From: an uncultured Thermoplasmata archaeon
GTDB taxonomy: Archaea; Thermoplasmatota; Thermoplasmata; RBG-16-68-12
Length of the DNA stretch: 64,000 nucleotides
Assembly (NCBI GenBank): GCA_963768855.1
Contig: CAVYJM010000018.1
Coordinates: 32,001 to 96,000 of the forward strand
Reading direction: 5' to 3'
Positions 19,026 to 30,800 of this stretch are shown here, one piece after another (positions within the stretch are counted from its first letter, which is position 1; the number at the start of each line of letters is the position of its first letter). The position numbers were made by a program, and so were the translations under genes. Below the pieces are notes generated by a model. That model did not search any database. It was not told where the DNA came from and saw only the letters and a list, made by a program, of their open reading frames with translations.

Positions 19026-20645
19026 TCAGGCACCCCGCAGTGCCTCGACGCCGAGCTCTAGCGCCATGACGGGCTGCGAGAGCGTGTAGGCCTCGAGGAT
19101 CCGCGGATGGATTTCCCCGAAACGCCCGAACTCACGTCCGTCCGCGAGGACGGAGGCCGCGCGGCCCGGGATGAAGTTCGGATCCTCGAGCGGTTCGATC
19201 GTCCCGGAAGAGCCTGCGTCGCGGAGCAGGCTGAGGACGAGGGACTTCGCCTCCGTGAAGGAGGCGCGGTGGTGGGTCGCGGCCGCTGCGACGTGCCGCA
19301 CGTTCCTCGCATCGAGGACCACGTCCGCGATCTCGAAAATCCTCTGGGGCAGCTCGCGATGCTTGTTCAGCTTGAAGAGGTTCAGGAGGCCCGGGACCAG
19401 GGAGGACCGCAGGGTCGTGAGATCCGTCGCCACCGGGTTGAGGACGACGGCCCGCTCCGGCGTCGCGAACGGCTCGTCCGCGTTCGCCATCGTGAGGGAC
19501 ATGACCTCCTGATATCCGTAGCCCATGAGCAGCTGGCGAAGCGCGTCGGAGAAGAGGCTCGTCGCCAGGGGCGTGCCGATCGTCTGGCGCCTCGGCAGTC
19601 CTCGCGGGTACCGGTCGTATCCCCAGGCGATCGCGAGATCCTCGGCGAGGTCGACCTCGTGCAGGAGGTCCATGCGGTACGCAGGCGCGCGCACGCGAAT
19701 CGTCTGCCCGTCCCCCTCGGCGTCGTAGCGCATGCGGCGCAGGAGCTCGACCGCCTTCTCCGGCGTCAGCTCAATCCCCAGGAGCTCCCGGGCTCGCGAA
19801 AGGTCGACCGACATCGGGATCGGCGTGAGGTCCGGTGTGTCGACCGTCCGATCCGCGTACATGGTGTGCACGGTCTGGATCTTCCCGCCCCTCTCGGCCA
19901 GGGCCGTGGCGAGGATGTTGAGCGCGCCGCTCACCGACTCGAAGTCCGTCCCCGTCACATCGAGGAAGAGGTTCCGAGTGTCGGGCGTGAGCTGGGTCAC
20001 GACCCCGTTGATGATGGGCGGGAAGGATAGGACGGTGCCTTTGCGGTCGACGATGATTGGGTACACGTCTTTTCCTTGGAGGATCGGGGCGTACTCGATC
20101 CCCTTCTCGTGATGCTCGAGGATTTCGGCGAGGTCCATCTCCTTCGCATGGCCCAGCGGGACGAACCGGACCGCGTGGGGCGACACGGCCTTGAACGTGA
20201 ACGGGGGCTCGACGCGGTCGAGGTCGTGGATCCCAATCGCCACCTTCTTCCGGCGCCGGCCCGTCGTCGTGTGCAACTTCTCCTGGAGGTCGACGAGGGA
20301 GCGAAGCAGTCGGTCGTCGAGCTCGACGCCGCGGACCACGCCGCCCACGGCGAAAGGCCGCACGCGCTCGACGCTCCGGTCGACGAGGAACTCGATCCCG
20401 GAAGGCGACACCGGATAGCGCGGAAGGCCCAGCTCGAGCCCCAGGTAGCCCCGCAGGCCCCGCGCGATGCCTTCGACCGAGTACAGGTCTGGACGGTTCG
20501 GGAAGATGTCGAACGTCATCACGTCGTCCTGGACGCCCTCCGGTCCAGAGCCCAGGTAGATGATGCGGTCGACCGCCTCCTCGAGGGAGATTCGCTTCCC
20601 GAGCAGGTCGATCAGGTCTTCGTACGGAACGTCGACGTTAGTCAA
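19026..20645 (-). CDS. pheT: Phenylalanine--tRNA ligase beta subunit (archaeal type)
   Basis: NRPDLYSVEGIARG, IGIHDLD, RMDLLHEVDLAEDLAIAWGY; TTG start 29 nt below TTAGG. Confidence 0.95.
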   Translation of the reverse strand: MTNVDVPYEDLIDLLGKRISLEEAVDRIIYLGSGPEGVQDDVMTFDIFPNRPDLYSVEGIARGLRGYLGLELGLPRYPVSPSGIEFLVDRSVERVRPFAVGGVVRGVELDDRLLRSLVDLQEKLHTTTGRRRKKVAIGIHDLDRVEPPFTFKAVSPHAVRFVPLGHAKEMDLAEILEHHEKGIEYAPILQGKDVYPIIVDRKGTVLSFPPIINGVVTQLTPDTRNLFLDVTGTDFESVSGALNILATALAERGGKIQTVHTMYADRTVDTPDLTPIPMSVDLSRARELLGIELTPEKAVELLRRMRYDAEGDGQTIRVRAPAYRMDLLHEVDLAEDLAIAWGYDRYPRGLPRRQTIGTPLATSLFSDALRQLLMGYGYQEVMSLTMANADEPFATPERAVVLNPVATDLTTLRSSLVPGLLNLFKLNKHRELPQRIFEIADVVLDARNVRHVAAAATHHRASFTEAKSLVLSLLRDAGSSGTIEPLEDPNFIPGRAASVLADGREFGRFGEIHPRILEAYTLSQPVMALELGVEALRGA

Positions 20646-20689
20646 GGCAGGCGCGGAAGCGGTCTCGCGCCTAAGAAGGTTTCGAGGAA

Positions 20690-20735
20690 GGAGCGAGGAA
20701 AAAGGAAGAAAGGAGGAAAGAAAGGGGAAACAGAC
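20690..20735 (-). terminator. Pyrimidine/T-rich tract, probable archaeal terminator of the small Ala/Gly-rich gene
   Basis: Minus strand reads ...tttcccctttctttcctcctttcttcctttttcc... directly after the stop at 20740. Confidence 0.5.
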
Positions 20736-20739
20736 GCGG

Positions 20740-21009
20740 TCAGTGGACGACGGCCACAGCCTTCGCGGCAGCGGACTTCGCGACGGCCGCAACCGTGGCG
20801 CCGATTCCGCCGCCTCCGGCCGCACCCGCGGCTCCGCCCGCGAGCGCGCTCTGGACAGCGCTCACCACGGCGTGGCCAGGAGCCGCCGCCGGGATGTGAG
20901 CGAGCGCGGTCGCAAGTCCGGTCGGGTCACCATGGGCCGCCGAAACGGCCCCGAGGGCGACTCCACCTGCCGCGGCGCCGACGGCCGCAGCGACTGCGAG
21001 GGATATCAT
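20740..21009 (-). CDS. 89-aa Ala/Gly-rich hydrophobic small protein
   Basis: TTTAAG box, GAGGTGA SD 6 nt before ATG, downstream T-rich tract. Confidence 0.75.
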   Translation of the reverse strand: MISLAVAAAVGAAAGGVALGAVSAAHGDPTGLATALAHIPAAAPGHAVVSAVQSALAGGAAGAAGGGGIGATVAAVAKSAAAKAVAVVH

Positions 21010-21203
21010 GCTGGTTCACCTCAACAGATGTGAGGATGACCGAAACTTAAAGGCGTTATGGTACGACGGTCGAAGGTCGATTCTCGTGGTTGCGGACCCA
21101 ACCAGATCCCTCGGGAATCGACTGCCGCGAGCCGGCGTGCCCCCGTCCGGCGACGCATCGATTTGCCAACTCCCATCCTCCGGTCTGGCGTTCTGACGGA
21201 ACC

Positions 21204-21209
21204 TTCAAG
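21204..21209 (+). promoter_or_regulatory. TATA-like box (TTCAAG) for leaderless lrp mRNA
   Basis: 29 nt before ATG, the same spacing as at several other genes. Confidence 0.55.
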
Positions 21210-21232
21210 TGCTCCAGAGCGTTCCGCTCGGT

Positions 21233-21676
21233 ATGGAGGAGATCGACGAGACGGACCGCGAGATCCTCGACGTGCTCATGCAAGATGCGTCGCGGAGTAT
21301 CGCGGAAATCGCGCGGGAGCTGGACATGCCCCGGCCCACGGTCCAGTACCGCGTGCAGAAGATGCGGGAGCGCGGCGTGATCCGCGCGATCAAGGCCATC
21401 CCCGATTATGGCAAGCTTGGGAAGCCCGTCACGGCCTTCATCCTCGTCAACTTCCTTCCGAACCCGGACGTGTCCCAGCGCGAACTTGCGGACAAGATCT
21501 CGAAGCTTGCGGGCGTCCACGAGGTCCACGTGATCTCGGGCGAGTGGGACCTCCTCCTCAAGGTCCGCGCGGGCTCCATGGAAGAGCTGGGCCGCATGGT
21601 CATCGACAAGCTCCGCGCGATGAAGGGCGTCGGCCACACGATGACGTGCGCGTCCTTCACCCCGGTCAAGGAGTGA
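21233..21676 (+). CDS. Lrp/AsnC family transcriptional regulator
   Basis: IDETDREILDVLMQDA HTH; VHVISGEWDLLLKV RAM domain. Confidence 0.93.
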   Translation: MEEIDETDREILDVLMQDASRSIAEIARELDMPRPTVQYRVQKMRERGVIRAIKAIPDYGKLGKPVTAFILVNFLPNPDVSQRELADKISKLAGVHEVHVISGEWDLLLKVRAGSMEELGRMVIDKLRAMKGVGHTMTCASFTPVKE

Positions 21677-21684
21677 CGCCCGAC

Positions 21685-23286
21685 TCAGCGGAGCGGCCTC
21701 GCGCCGCGTCCTTCGCCCGCCGTCGCGATGCGACGCTTGGCCCACAGGAGCCGGTTCAGGGCCTCCATCGCAGCGTCGACCGACGTGGTGACGATGTCAG
21801 GCCCGACCGCGCGGCCGAGCGCGGACACGGACGCGGGCTGCTTGTCGACGAGACGAACCGTGACCTGGCAGAGGCTGTCGGCGCCGCCCGTGATCGCCTC
21901 GAGCCGGTACTCATCGAGGGAGATCGTCTCGGACACGGCCATGCGCATCGCCTTCAAGGCCGCGTCGATGGGTCCGACCCCGGGTTCCGAGGCCCTGCGC
22001 CGTTGGCCGTCGACTACGAGGCAGACGGTCGAGGTCGGCGTGAAGTTGAAACCCGTGATGGCGGTGAATTCCTCCAGCTGGACCAGCTTCTCCGTCTCCA
22101 GGGTCCGCCCTTGGGAGTCATAGGCCAGGGCCACGAGTTCGGCGTCGTCCACCTGCTTCCCGCCTTCCGCCAGCCTCTTCACGCGTGCCGTGACACCCGT
22201 GAGCTGCTCCTTCGAAAGCGAGAAGCCGTATTCCTTCAGGCGGCTCTCGACGCTGTGCACGCCCGAGTGCTTCCCGACAACGATCTTGCGCTCCTTGCCG
22301 ACCGAGTCGGGGGTCATCGCCTCGTAGGTCGATTGATCCCCAAGGATGCCGTGGACGTGGATGCCCGACTCGTGGGCGAATGCGTTGTCGCCGACGATCG
22401 CCTTGTTGGGCTGGACCGCGACCCCGGTCAGGCGAGAGACGATCTTGGACGCATGACTGAGCCTCGTGCTGTCCACGTTGGTCACGATGCCGTAGAACGC
22501 GCGGAGACCCATGACGACCTCCTCGAGACTCGCGTTCCCGGCCCGTTCGCCGATCCCGTTCACGGTCACGTGCACCTCCTCCGCGCCGCCTTCGACCGCC
22601 GCGAGGCTGTTCGCGGTCGCGAGCCCGAAGTCGTTATGGCAGTGGACCGCGATCGGCACGCGGGTCACGGCCTTGAGTTCGCCGATCAGATGACGCATGG
22701 CGGGAGGGCTCATCGTGCCCACCGTGTCCGCGACGTCGATCCGGTCTGCTTTGGCGTCCTGCACCTGCCGGTGGACCGTTTTGAGGAAGCCGAGGTCCGT
22801 CCGCGTCGCGTCCTCGGATGAGAACTCGACCACGAAGCCGTGGGACTTGGCGTAGTCGATCGCGGTGACCGCCTTCTCGAGGACCTGTTCGCGCGTCATC
22901 TTGAGCTTGTGCGTCAGGTGGATGTCCGAGGTCGCGATGAACACGTGGATCTCGTCCACGTCGGCCGCAATCGAGGCGTCGATGTCTGCCTGGACGGTCC
23001 GGTTCAAGGTGCAGATCTTCGCGCGCAGGCCCGCGTGCGCGACCGCCTTGACGGACTCGAACTCACCGGGGGAGTTCGCGGGGAAACCTGCCTCGATCGA
23101 GTCCACGCCGAGGTCGTCCAGCACCCGAGCGATCGCGACCTTGTCTGCGGTGGCCAGGGCCACGCCCGGCGTCTGTTCGCCGTCGCGAAGCGTCGTGTCG
23201 AAGATGCGCACCCGGCGTCCGGCGTTCCCGCTGCGGACGAGCTCGTTGTACGGGCTCACGAACACGGCGCGTTCCGATTCAGGCAT
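21685..23286 (-). CDS. 2-isopropylmalate synthase / citramalate synthase family (LeuA/CimA not resolvable by eye)
   Basis: [36 protein letters not shown]; C-terminal regulatory domain. Confidence 0.9.
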   Translation of the reverse strand: MPESERAVFVSPYNELVRSGNAGRRVRIFDTTLRDGEQTPGVALATADKVAIARVLDDLGVDSIEAGFPANSPGEFESVKAVAHAGLRAKICTLNRTVQADIDASIAADVDEIHVFIATSDIHLTHKLKMTREQVLEKAVTAIDYAKSHGFVVEFSSEDATRTDLGFLKTVHRQVQDAKADRIDVADTVGTMSPPAMRHLIGELKAVTRVPIAVHCHNDFGLATANSLAAVEGGAEEVHVTVNGIGERAGNASLEEVVMGLRAFYGIVTNVDSTRLSHASKIVSRLTGVAVQPNKAIVGDNAFAHESGIHVHGILGDQSTYEAMTPDSVGKERKIVVGKHSGVHSVESRLKEYGFSLSKEQLTGVTARVKRLAEGGKQVDDAELVALAYDSQGRTLETEKLVQLEEFTAITGFNFTPTSTVCLVVDGQRRRASEPGVGPIDAALKAMRMAVSETISLDEYRLEAITGGADSLCQVTVRLVDKQPASVSALGRAVGPDIVTTSVDAAMEALNRLLWAKRRIATAGEGRGARPLR

Positions 23287-23304
23287 GGGGACCACCAAAA
23301 TGCA

Positions 23305-23417
23305 GGCCAGAGGAGGACGGCCCGGCGGGATCCGGGGCCGTTCCTCCCCTAGGCCGGCGGGAGGGGACGCTGGCTAAGCAGAACCGGCTTCCGGAATTGG
23401 GGCTCCGTGCGCGGCAC
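23305..23417 (-). promoter_or_regulatory. Structured leader with 22-codon uORF (VPRTEPQFRKPVLLSQRPLPPA) and long hairpin 23305-23355
   Basis: uORF 23417..23349; about 19-bp stem with TAG in its 5' arm; followed by TGCATTTT-GGTGG-ATG. Confidence 0.55.
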
Positions 23418-23786
23418 CTCCCTGCTACTGGATAGCAGAGCAGACCCGCAAGCCGCGGATTCCACATAAAGCCTAGGGTGGCCGAAGGAATTGAGCAATC
23501 CGTTAAGGTATGGCGTGATTCTGCCGCGGTCCGTGGGCAGCCCGCCCAGCCGCAGGCCGGAAGCTTCATGTAGCGCGGGGAAAATCAGAAGGGGACGCGC
23601 GTCGGCGCGCGAGGCAGACAGCGAGATGAACGAGACCGCGGACCTGCGCAGGGGACGGGAGTCGAGCGACCGCTCGGCCCGAGCCTCCGCGATTTTTGCC
23701 GCGCCTCGGCCGTTCCCGCAGCCTCGTGCCGGCGCCGGCTCGCTGTGACCCCGCTCGGATGCGGGTGTCACAACGGGGTGTTGCGC

Positions 23787-24620
23787 ATGGACGGACAGAA
23801 GACCATCGGCATTGCTGGCGTGGGCAAAATGGGCGAAGCGCTCGTGAAGGGACTCGTCTCCCGGCGGGTGCTCCCGCCGTCGAGGATCCTCGTGAGCGAC
23901 GCGATCGCCGCGCGCGCGAAGGAAATCGCCGCGACGTACGACGTAGGCTACGTCCCCTCGATCGCGAAGCTCGCGGAGCGCTCGGACATCCTGGTCCTCG
24001 CCTCGAAGCCGAAGGACATGCCCGGGCTCGTGGCATCCCTCGTGGGCCACGTGAAACCCGACGCGCTGGTCATCACCCTGGCCGCGGGGGTCCGGACCGC
24101 ATTCGTCGAGGGCGCGCTCCAGGGCAAGGGTCATGTCGTTCGGATGATGCCGAACCTCGCGTGCGGCGTGGGCGAGGGCGCCACGGCATTCGCGCTCGGG
24201 ACCACGGCAACGGATGCGGATGCCGTGCGGGTCGAGGAGCTCATGGGCTCCCTGGGCCGCGTGACGAAGGTCGAGGAGAAGCACCTCGATGCGGTCACGG
24301 GCCTCAGCGGGAGCGGCCCCGGGTTCATGGCAGCGCTCGCCCAGGCGATGATCGATGGGGGCGTGCGCTCGGGACTGCCCAAGGACGTCGCCTTCAAGCT
24401 CGCCCTCCAGACGATGAAGGGCACCGCCGAGCTCCTGCTCGCGGACGGCCTTGAACCGGAGAAGCTGTATCAGATGGTCGCGACGCCCGGCGGCACGACC
24501 GCGGCCGGCTGGCACGTGATGCAGGACCGTGGGGTGCCACAGGCCATCTCGGACGGCATCGTCGCGGCGTCCAAGCGGGCCGAGGAGCTCGCGCTCGAGG
24601 CCGCGAACCTCCACAAGTAA
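23787..24620 (+). CDS. proC: Pyrroline-5-carboxylate reductase
   Basis: GIAGVGKMG, RMMPN, TGLSGSGP, TPGGTT. Confidence 0.95.
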   Translation: MDGQKTIGIAGVGKMGEALVKGLVSRRVLPPSRILVSDAIAARAKEIAATYDVGYVPSIAKLAERSDILVLASKPKDMPGLVASLVGHVKPDALVITLAAGVRTAFVEGALQGKGHVVRMMPNLACGVGEGATAFALGTTATDADAVRVEELMGSLGRVTKVEEKHLDAVTGLSGSGPGFMAALAQAMIDGGVRSGLPKDVAFKLALQTMKGTAELLLADGLEPEKLYQMVATPGGTTAAGWHVMQDRGVPQAISDGIVAASKRAEELALEAANLHK

Positions 24621-24630
24621 GGTGGTCAAG

Positions 24631-25527
24631 GTGCCACCGAGACCGGCTAAACCTCGCGTCGCGTACCAGGGAGAGCGGGGGGCCTACAGCGAGGATGCCG
24701 TGGTCGCGGTGTTCGGGGAGCGCGTGGCGGCGATCCCGTGTCAAGAGTTCCGCGACGCGTTCGAGGCCGTTGACACCGGGCAGGCCACGCACGCGGTCCT
24801 CCCCGTGGAGAACTCGATCGAGGGAACCGTGGCCCAGGTGAACGATCTCCTCCTGGAGCACGACCTCACCGTGACGGGTGAGGCAATCGTGACCGTGGAC
24901 CACTGCCTGATCGGGCACCCGAAATCACGGATCGACGACCTCCGTACCGTGTACAGCCATCCGCAGGCCCTCGGACAGTGCCGCCGCTTCCTCGCCCGCC
25001 ATCCGGAGTGGCGGCAGATCCCGGCGTACGACACCGCAGGGAGTGTGCAAATCGTCAAGGAGCGTGGCCGCCTCGAGGAGGCGGCGATCGCGAGCCGCCG
25101 CAGCGCCGGGCTGTACGGGATGCGGATCCTCGCCGAGGGAATCCAGACCGACCATGAGAACTTCACGCGGTTCTTCGTGCTTGAGAAACACCCGCGGGAG
25201 GTCCCCGGGGCGGACAAGACCTCGATCGCCTTCGTCGCGAAGAACGTCCCCGGATCGCTCCATGCCTGCCTCGGAGAGTTCGCGACGCGGAAGATCAACC
25301 TCACGAAGCTCGAGTCTCGCCCCCGTCGTGCGCGGCCTTGGAACTACGTCTTCTTCGCGGACCTCGAAGGGAGCATGGGCGACCCCCGGATCCGGGAGGC
25401 AGTCGGGGCCCTCGTCGGGACCGCAGGATTCGTGAAGGTCTTCGGGTCCTACCGTCGATTGCGGCCGCCCGTCTCGCCCGACAGGCGACAGACCGCTCTA
25501 ATCGCAGACGGCGCCCGTGGCCGCTGA
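24631..25527 (+). CDS. pheA: Prephenate dehydratase
   Basis: [41 protein letters not shown]. Confidence 0.95.
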   Translation: MPPRPAKPRVAYQGERGAYSEDAVVAVFGERVAAIPCQEFRDAFEAVDTGQATHAVLPVENSIEGTVAQVNDLLLEHDLTVTGEAIVTVDHCLIGHPKSRIDDLRTVYSHPQALGQCRRFLARHPEWRQIPAYDTAGSVQIVKERGRLEEAAIASRRSAGLYGMRILAEGIQTDHENFTRFFVLEKHPREVPGADKTSIAFVAKNVPGSLHACLGEFATRKINLTKLESRPRRARPWNYVFFADLEGSMGDPRIREAVGALVGTAGFVKVFGSYRRLRPPVSPDRRQTALIADGARGR

Positions 25528-27183
25528 GCCCACGAGCTTCGCGTACTTCGCCAGCGCCCCCGACGTGTAGCGTGCCTTGGGCCGCTTCCAAGCCTTGCCT
25601 CTCGCGGCGAGCTCCTTCTTCGTCAGGCCCACCGCGAGCCTCCGCTTCGGGACATCCACCTCGACGAGGTCGTGGTCGCGCACGAGGGCGAGCGGACCGC
25701 CATCCCAGGCTTCCGGCGAGACGTGGCCCACCATGAGCCCGCGGGTCGCGCCGGAGAAACGCCCGTCGGTGACGAGCGCGACCTGGTCCCCCAGCCCCTG
25801 GCCGACGAGGGCGGCGGTGATCGCGAGCATCTCCCGCATCCCCGGCCCACCCTTGGGGCCCTCGTATCGGATCACGACGACCTCGCCGGACCGAATCGCC
25901 CGTTTCTCGGCGGCGGCGAGCGCGTCTTGCTCCCCGTTGAACACGCGCGCTGGTCCTTGGTGAACGAGGTGCGACACGCCCGCCGTCTTCACGACAGCGC
26001 CCCGAGGTGCCAAGTTCCCGTTGAGGATCGCTAGCGTCCCGCTCGGGCTGATCGGATCGCGGATCGGGCGGACGATGTCCCCCGGGATTTCGGTGGGGGC
26101 GTCACGGAGCCTCTGCGCGAGCGTCTCGCCCGTCACGGTGATGCAATCCGGGTGGAGCTTCTTGGCCCCGAGCAGGCGCTTCATCACGACGGGCACGCCG
26201 CCGGCGCGGTGCAGGTCGGCCATCACATACTGGCCGCCCGGCTTCAGGCTCGCAATGTGGGGCGTCCTGCGCGAGATCCGGTCGAACTCGTCGATCGAGA
26301 GCTTGACGCGCGCCTCATGCGCGATCGCGAGGAGATGGAGCACCGCGTTCGTCGATCCGCCCATGGCCGCGTCGACCGTGATTGCGTTCTCGAACGCCTC
26401 ATGGGTCAGGACATCCCGCGGCTTGATGCCGAGCTCGAGCGTCTTCATGACCGCGTAGCCGACGAGCTCGGAGTGCGTCTCCCGGGCAGGATGGACCGCG
26501 GGGATCGCCGCGTCTCCGGGGATCGTCATGCCGAGGACCTCCGCGCACGTCGCCATCGTGTTCGCGGTGAAGAGGCCCGCGCAGGTCCCCGCACCCGGGA
26601 AGGCGCATCGCTCGATGCCCGCGAGGTCCTCCGCGCTCATCCGCCCCGCCTCGAACGCCCCGACGGCCTCGAACATGTCTTGGATCGTGACATCCCGGCC
26701 CTGGAAACGGCCCGCCAACGCCGGGCCTCCATATGTGAAGACGGAGGGGAGGTTGAGTCGGGCGATCGCCATGAGCGAACCCGGAATCGTCTTGTCGCAG
26801 CCCGCGCACGTGACGAGCGCGTCGTATCGGTGCGCATGCATCACGAGCTCGATCGAATCGGCGATAACCTCGCGGCTCACGAGGGAGGCGCGCATCCCCT
26901 CATGGCCCATCGCGATGCCGTCGGAGATCGCGATCGTCGGGAACTCCCGCGGCGTGCCGCCCGCGGCCCGCACCGCTTCCTTCACGCGCTTCGTCACGCG
27001 GTCGAGATTGAGTTGGCACGGCGTGACCTCGCTCCAGGTGTTCGCCACCCCGACGAAGGGCCGCGCCAGATCCGAATCGGTGAGTCCCATGGCCCGTAGC
27101 ATGGACCGCGCAGGCGCGCGCGCGGGGCCCTCCGTGACCTCCCAGCTCCGGCCCTTCAGACTCGCGGGTTTCTCCTTCGGCAT
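25498..27183 (-). CDS. ilvD: Dihydroxy-acid dehydratase
   Basis: [40 protein letters not shown]. Confidence 0.96.
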   Translation of the reverse strand: MPKEKPASLKGRSWEVTEGPARAPARSMLRAMGLTDSDLARPFVGVANTWSEVTPCQLNLDRVTKRVKEAVRAAGGTPREFPTIAISDGIAMGHEGMRASLVSREVIADSIELVMHAHRYDALVTCAGCDKTIPGSLMAIARLNLPSVFTYGGPALAGRFQGRDVTIQDMFEAVGAFEAGRMSAEDLAGIERCAFPGAGTCAGLFTANTMATCAEVLGMTIPGDAAIPAVHPARETHSELVGYAVMKTLELGIKPRDVLTHEAFENAITVDAAMGGSTNAVLHLLAIAHEARVKLSIDEFDRISRRTPHIASLKPGGQYVMADLHRAGGVPVVMKRLLGAKKLHPDCITVTGETLAQRLRDAPTEIPGDIVRPIRDPISPSGTLAILNGNLAPRGAVVKTAGVSHLVHQGPARVFNGEQDALAAAEKRAIRSGEVVVIRYEGPKGGPGMREMLAITAALVGQGLGDQVALVTDGRFSGATRGLMVGHVSPEAWDGGPLALVRDHDLVEVDVPKRRLAVGLTKKELAARGKAWKRPKARYTSGALAKYAKLVGSAATGAVCD

Positions 27184-27205
27184 GCGGTCTCCTCCATGCC
27201 CCGAA

Positions 27206-28212
27206 TCACTTCGAGCGCAAATGGATGTCGATGACATCACGCAGCAGGGCGGCCGCCGTCTGCGGACCCCCCGCCCCTCTCCCGATCAGGGTGACGGATC
27301 CGACGTTCTCCGTCTCGTAGGTCACCGCGTTCAGGCTGCCTGCGACGTTCAACACGTCGTCGTGGGCGAGGGGCTCCGGGCCAACGCTCGCTCGCTTCCC
27401 GTCGAATCGGGCCACGAGCCGGACGACCTGGCCCTGCGCGCGGGCGCGCTCCACGTCGGAACAGGTCACGCCTTGGATGCCCCGCGTCGAGACGTCCGTC
27501 ACATGGAGGTGCGCACCCATGACCCAGTTCGCCAGGATCGTGAGCTTGATCGCCGCGTCCGTGCCTTCGATGTCGTACGCGGGGTTGGCCTCCGCGTAGC
27601 CCAGGCGCTTCGCCTCGGCGAGGGCGTCGTCGAACTCGAGGCCGTCCGCCATCCGGGTCAGGATGTAGTTGGTCGTTCCGTTCAGGATGCCGGTGATCTG
27701 GGTGACCGGCTCGCCGCGGAGGCTCAGCCGGGCGAGGTCCAGCATCGGCGTTCCCCCGCCCGCCGTCCCGCTGAACCGGAGGAGGACCCCGTGTTCCCTC
27801 GCGAGCGAGGTCAGGTGGTCCATCGCGAGCACGATGGGCCCCTTGTTCGCCGTGACGACGTGGCGCCCCGCCTTGAGCGCTCCGCGGATGTGGGAGAGCG
27901 CCGGCTCCCCATCCAGGATGTTCGTCGGCGTCACCTCGACGATCGTGTCGGCCTCGACGGTGTGGATGATTTCGAGGGCGCGGCGTCCCGGGCGGAACCG
28001 CGGCTGGAGAGCGGCCAGGCCCTCCTTGGATCGCTTTCCCTGGAGCAGCGCGCCGGGCTCGATGCCTCCGGGGTGCACGACCGCGCCGCTCGTGTCGAGT
28101 GCGGCGACGATCTTGACGCGAAGGCCATACTGATCGAGCAAGCGCGGGCTCTGCGCTTCGAGGTGGGCCAAGAGCCCCTGGCCCAGGGCGCCGAGACCGA
28201 CGAGGATGACCC

Positions 28213-28216
<4 letters not shown>
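27206..28216 (-). CDS. hom: Homoserine dehydrogenase
   Basis: [35 protein letters not shown]. Confidence 0.95.
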
Positions 28217-29433
<1,217 letters not shown>

Positions 29434-29448
29434 CCCATCCTCCGTCCT

Positions 29449-30447
29449 TCAGGTGAACATCCGGCGTACGTCCCGGCCGACCGTCTCGAGCCTCGAATCG
29501 GGCTCCTGCTTGCGGGCCTTCGTCAGCGTAGGCATGCCGTTCTCGTACTCCGAGCGCCAGTCCCGGGCAAACGCGCCCGACTTGATATCCTTAAGCAAGG
29601 CTTCCATGTTCTTCCGGACCCGCTCGTCGATGACCTTGGGGCCGCGGGTGCGGCCTCCGTACTCCGCCGTGTTCGAGACATTCGCCCACATGTTCTCGAT
29701 GCCGCCCGCCTGGACGAGGTCGACGATCATCTTGAGCTCATGGAGGACCTCGAAGTACGCGAGCTCGGGCTGGTAGCCCGCGTCGATGAGCACGCGGAAG
29801 GAGGTCTTGATCAGCTCGGCCATGCCACCGCAGAGGTCGGCCTGCTCGCCGAACAGGTCTGTCTCCGTCTCTTCCGTGAAGGTCGTCTCGATCACGCCGA
29901 CCTTCGTCGAACCGATCGCCTTGCCGATCGCGAGGGCGGTCTCCCGCGCACGTCCGGAGGCATCCTGGTGGATCGCGAGGAGGGCCGGCACGCCGGAACC
30001 GCGCAGGAAGTTCGAGCGGACCGCGGCGCCCGGGGCTTTCGGCGCGATCATGATCACGTCGAGGTCCTTCCGTTGGACGATCGTCCCATACCGGATGTTG
30101 AACCCGTGCGCGAACTCGAGGGTGGATCCCTTCGTCAGGTTCGGGGCGACGTCCTTCGCGTAGACTTCGGGCTGGACCTCGTCCGGGATGAGCATCATTG
30201 TCACGTCGGCAGACGAGACGGCCTCCGGGACCGGGGCGACCTCGAGGCCGTCCTTGGACGCCGCGTTCCACGACTCTCCCTTCGCGCGTGCGCCGACGAC
30301 GACCTCCACGCCGCTGTCGTGCAGGTTGAGCGCCTGCGCACGCCCCTGAATCCCGTATCCCAGCACAGCGATCCGCTTTCCTTCCAGCGGCTTGAGACTC
30401 GCATCCTTCTCGTAGTAGAGTTTCGCCATCGTATCCGACTCCGTCAC
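29449..30447 (-). CDS. ilvC: Ketol-acid reductoisomerase
   Basis: LGYGIQG, APKAPG, ETETDLFGEQ, SNTAEYG. Confidence 0.96.
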   Translation of the reverse strand: MTESDTMAKLYYEKDASLKPLEGKRIAVLGYGIQGRAQALNLHDSGVEVVVGARAKGESWNAASKDGLEVAPVPEAVSSADVTMMLIPDEVQPEVYAKDVAPNLTKGSTLEFAHGFNIRYGTIVQRKDLDVIMIAPKAPGAAVRSNFLRGSGVPALLAIHQDASGRARETALAIGKAIGSTKVGVIETTFTEETETDLFGEQADLCGGMAELIKTSFRVLIDAGYQPELAYFEVLHELKMIVDLVQAGGIENMWANVSNTAEYGGRTRGPKVIDERVRKNMEALLKDIKSGAFARDWRSEYENGMPTLTKARKQEPDSRLETVGRDVRRMFT

Positions 30448-30800
30448 ATCGCCCCGTACGCGCGCACGTACGTGGCGCCGTCCTCGTGAGAAACCTCGGG
30501 GTCCACCTGGTCCGGCTTCCCGGACAGGGGCCTCCGTCCCTGGACGGACCGCAAGAGGACGAACTCCTCCGCGTTGTTCTCGATGTATTCGACCTCGATC
30601 ACGTCATGCACGCGCCGCAGGTGCTCGACCATGCGCGGGAACTTGGGGTCGGCGGACGCCAGCAGGACGCGTGCGCAGCCGTCCTTCTCGCACGGTCCGG
30701 CGAGGACCGAGTCGATCGAGATCCGCTTGCGCGTGAACACGGCGGTGATCCGCTGCATCACGCCCCAGTCGTTATGGACGAGCAGGGATAGCACTTGCAA
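30444..30800 (-). CDS. ilvH: Acetolactate synthase small (ACT) subunit, short divergent form
   Basis: LLVHNDWGVMQRITAVFTRKRISIDS; GGAGGTGA SD before TTG; lies between ilvB and ilvC. Confidence 0.75.
   Translation of the reverse strand: MQVLSLLVHNDWGVMQRITAVFTRKRISIDSVLAGPCEKDGCARVLLASADPKFPRMVEHLRRVHDVIEVEYIENNAEEFVLLRSVQGRRPLSGKPDQVDPEVSHEDGATYVRAYGAM

Noticed and set aside
19026-20645. pheT without adjacent pheS as an anomaly
   Set aside because: Split pheS/pheT loci are common in archaea
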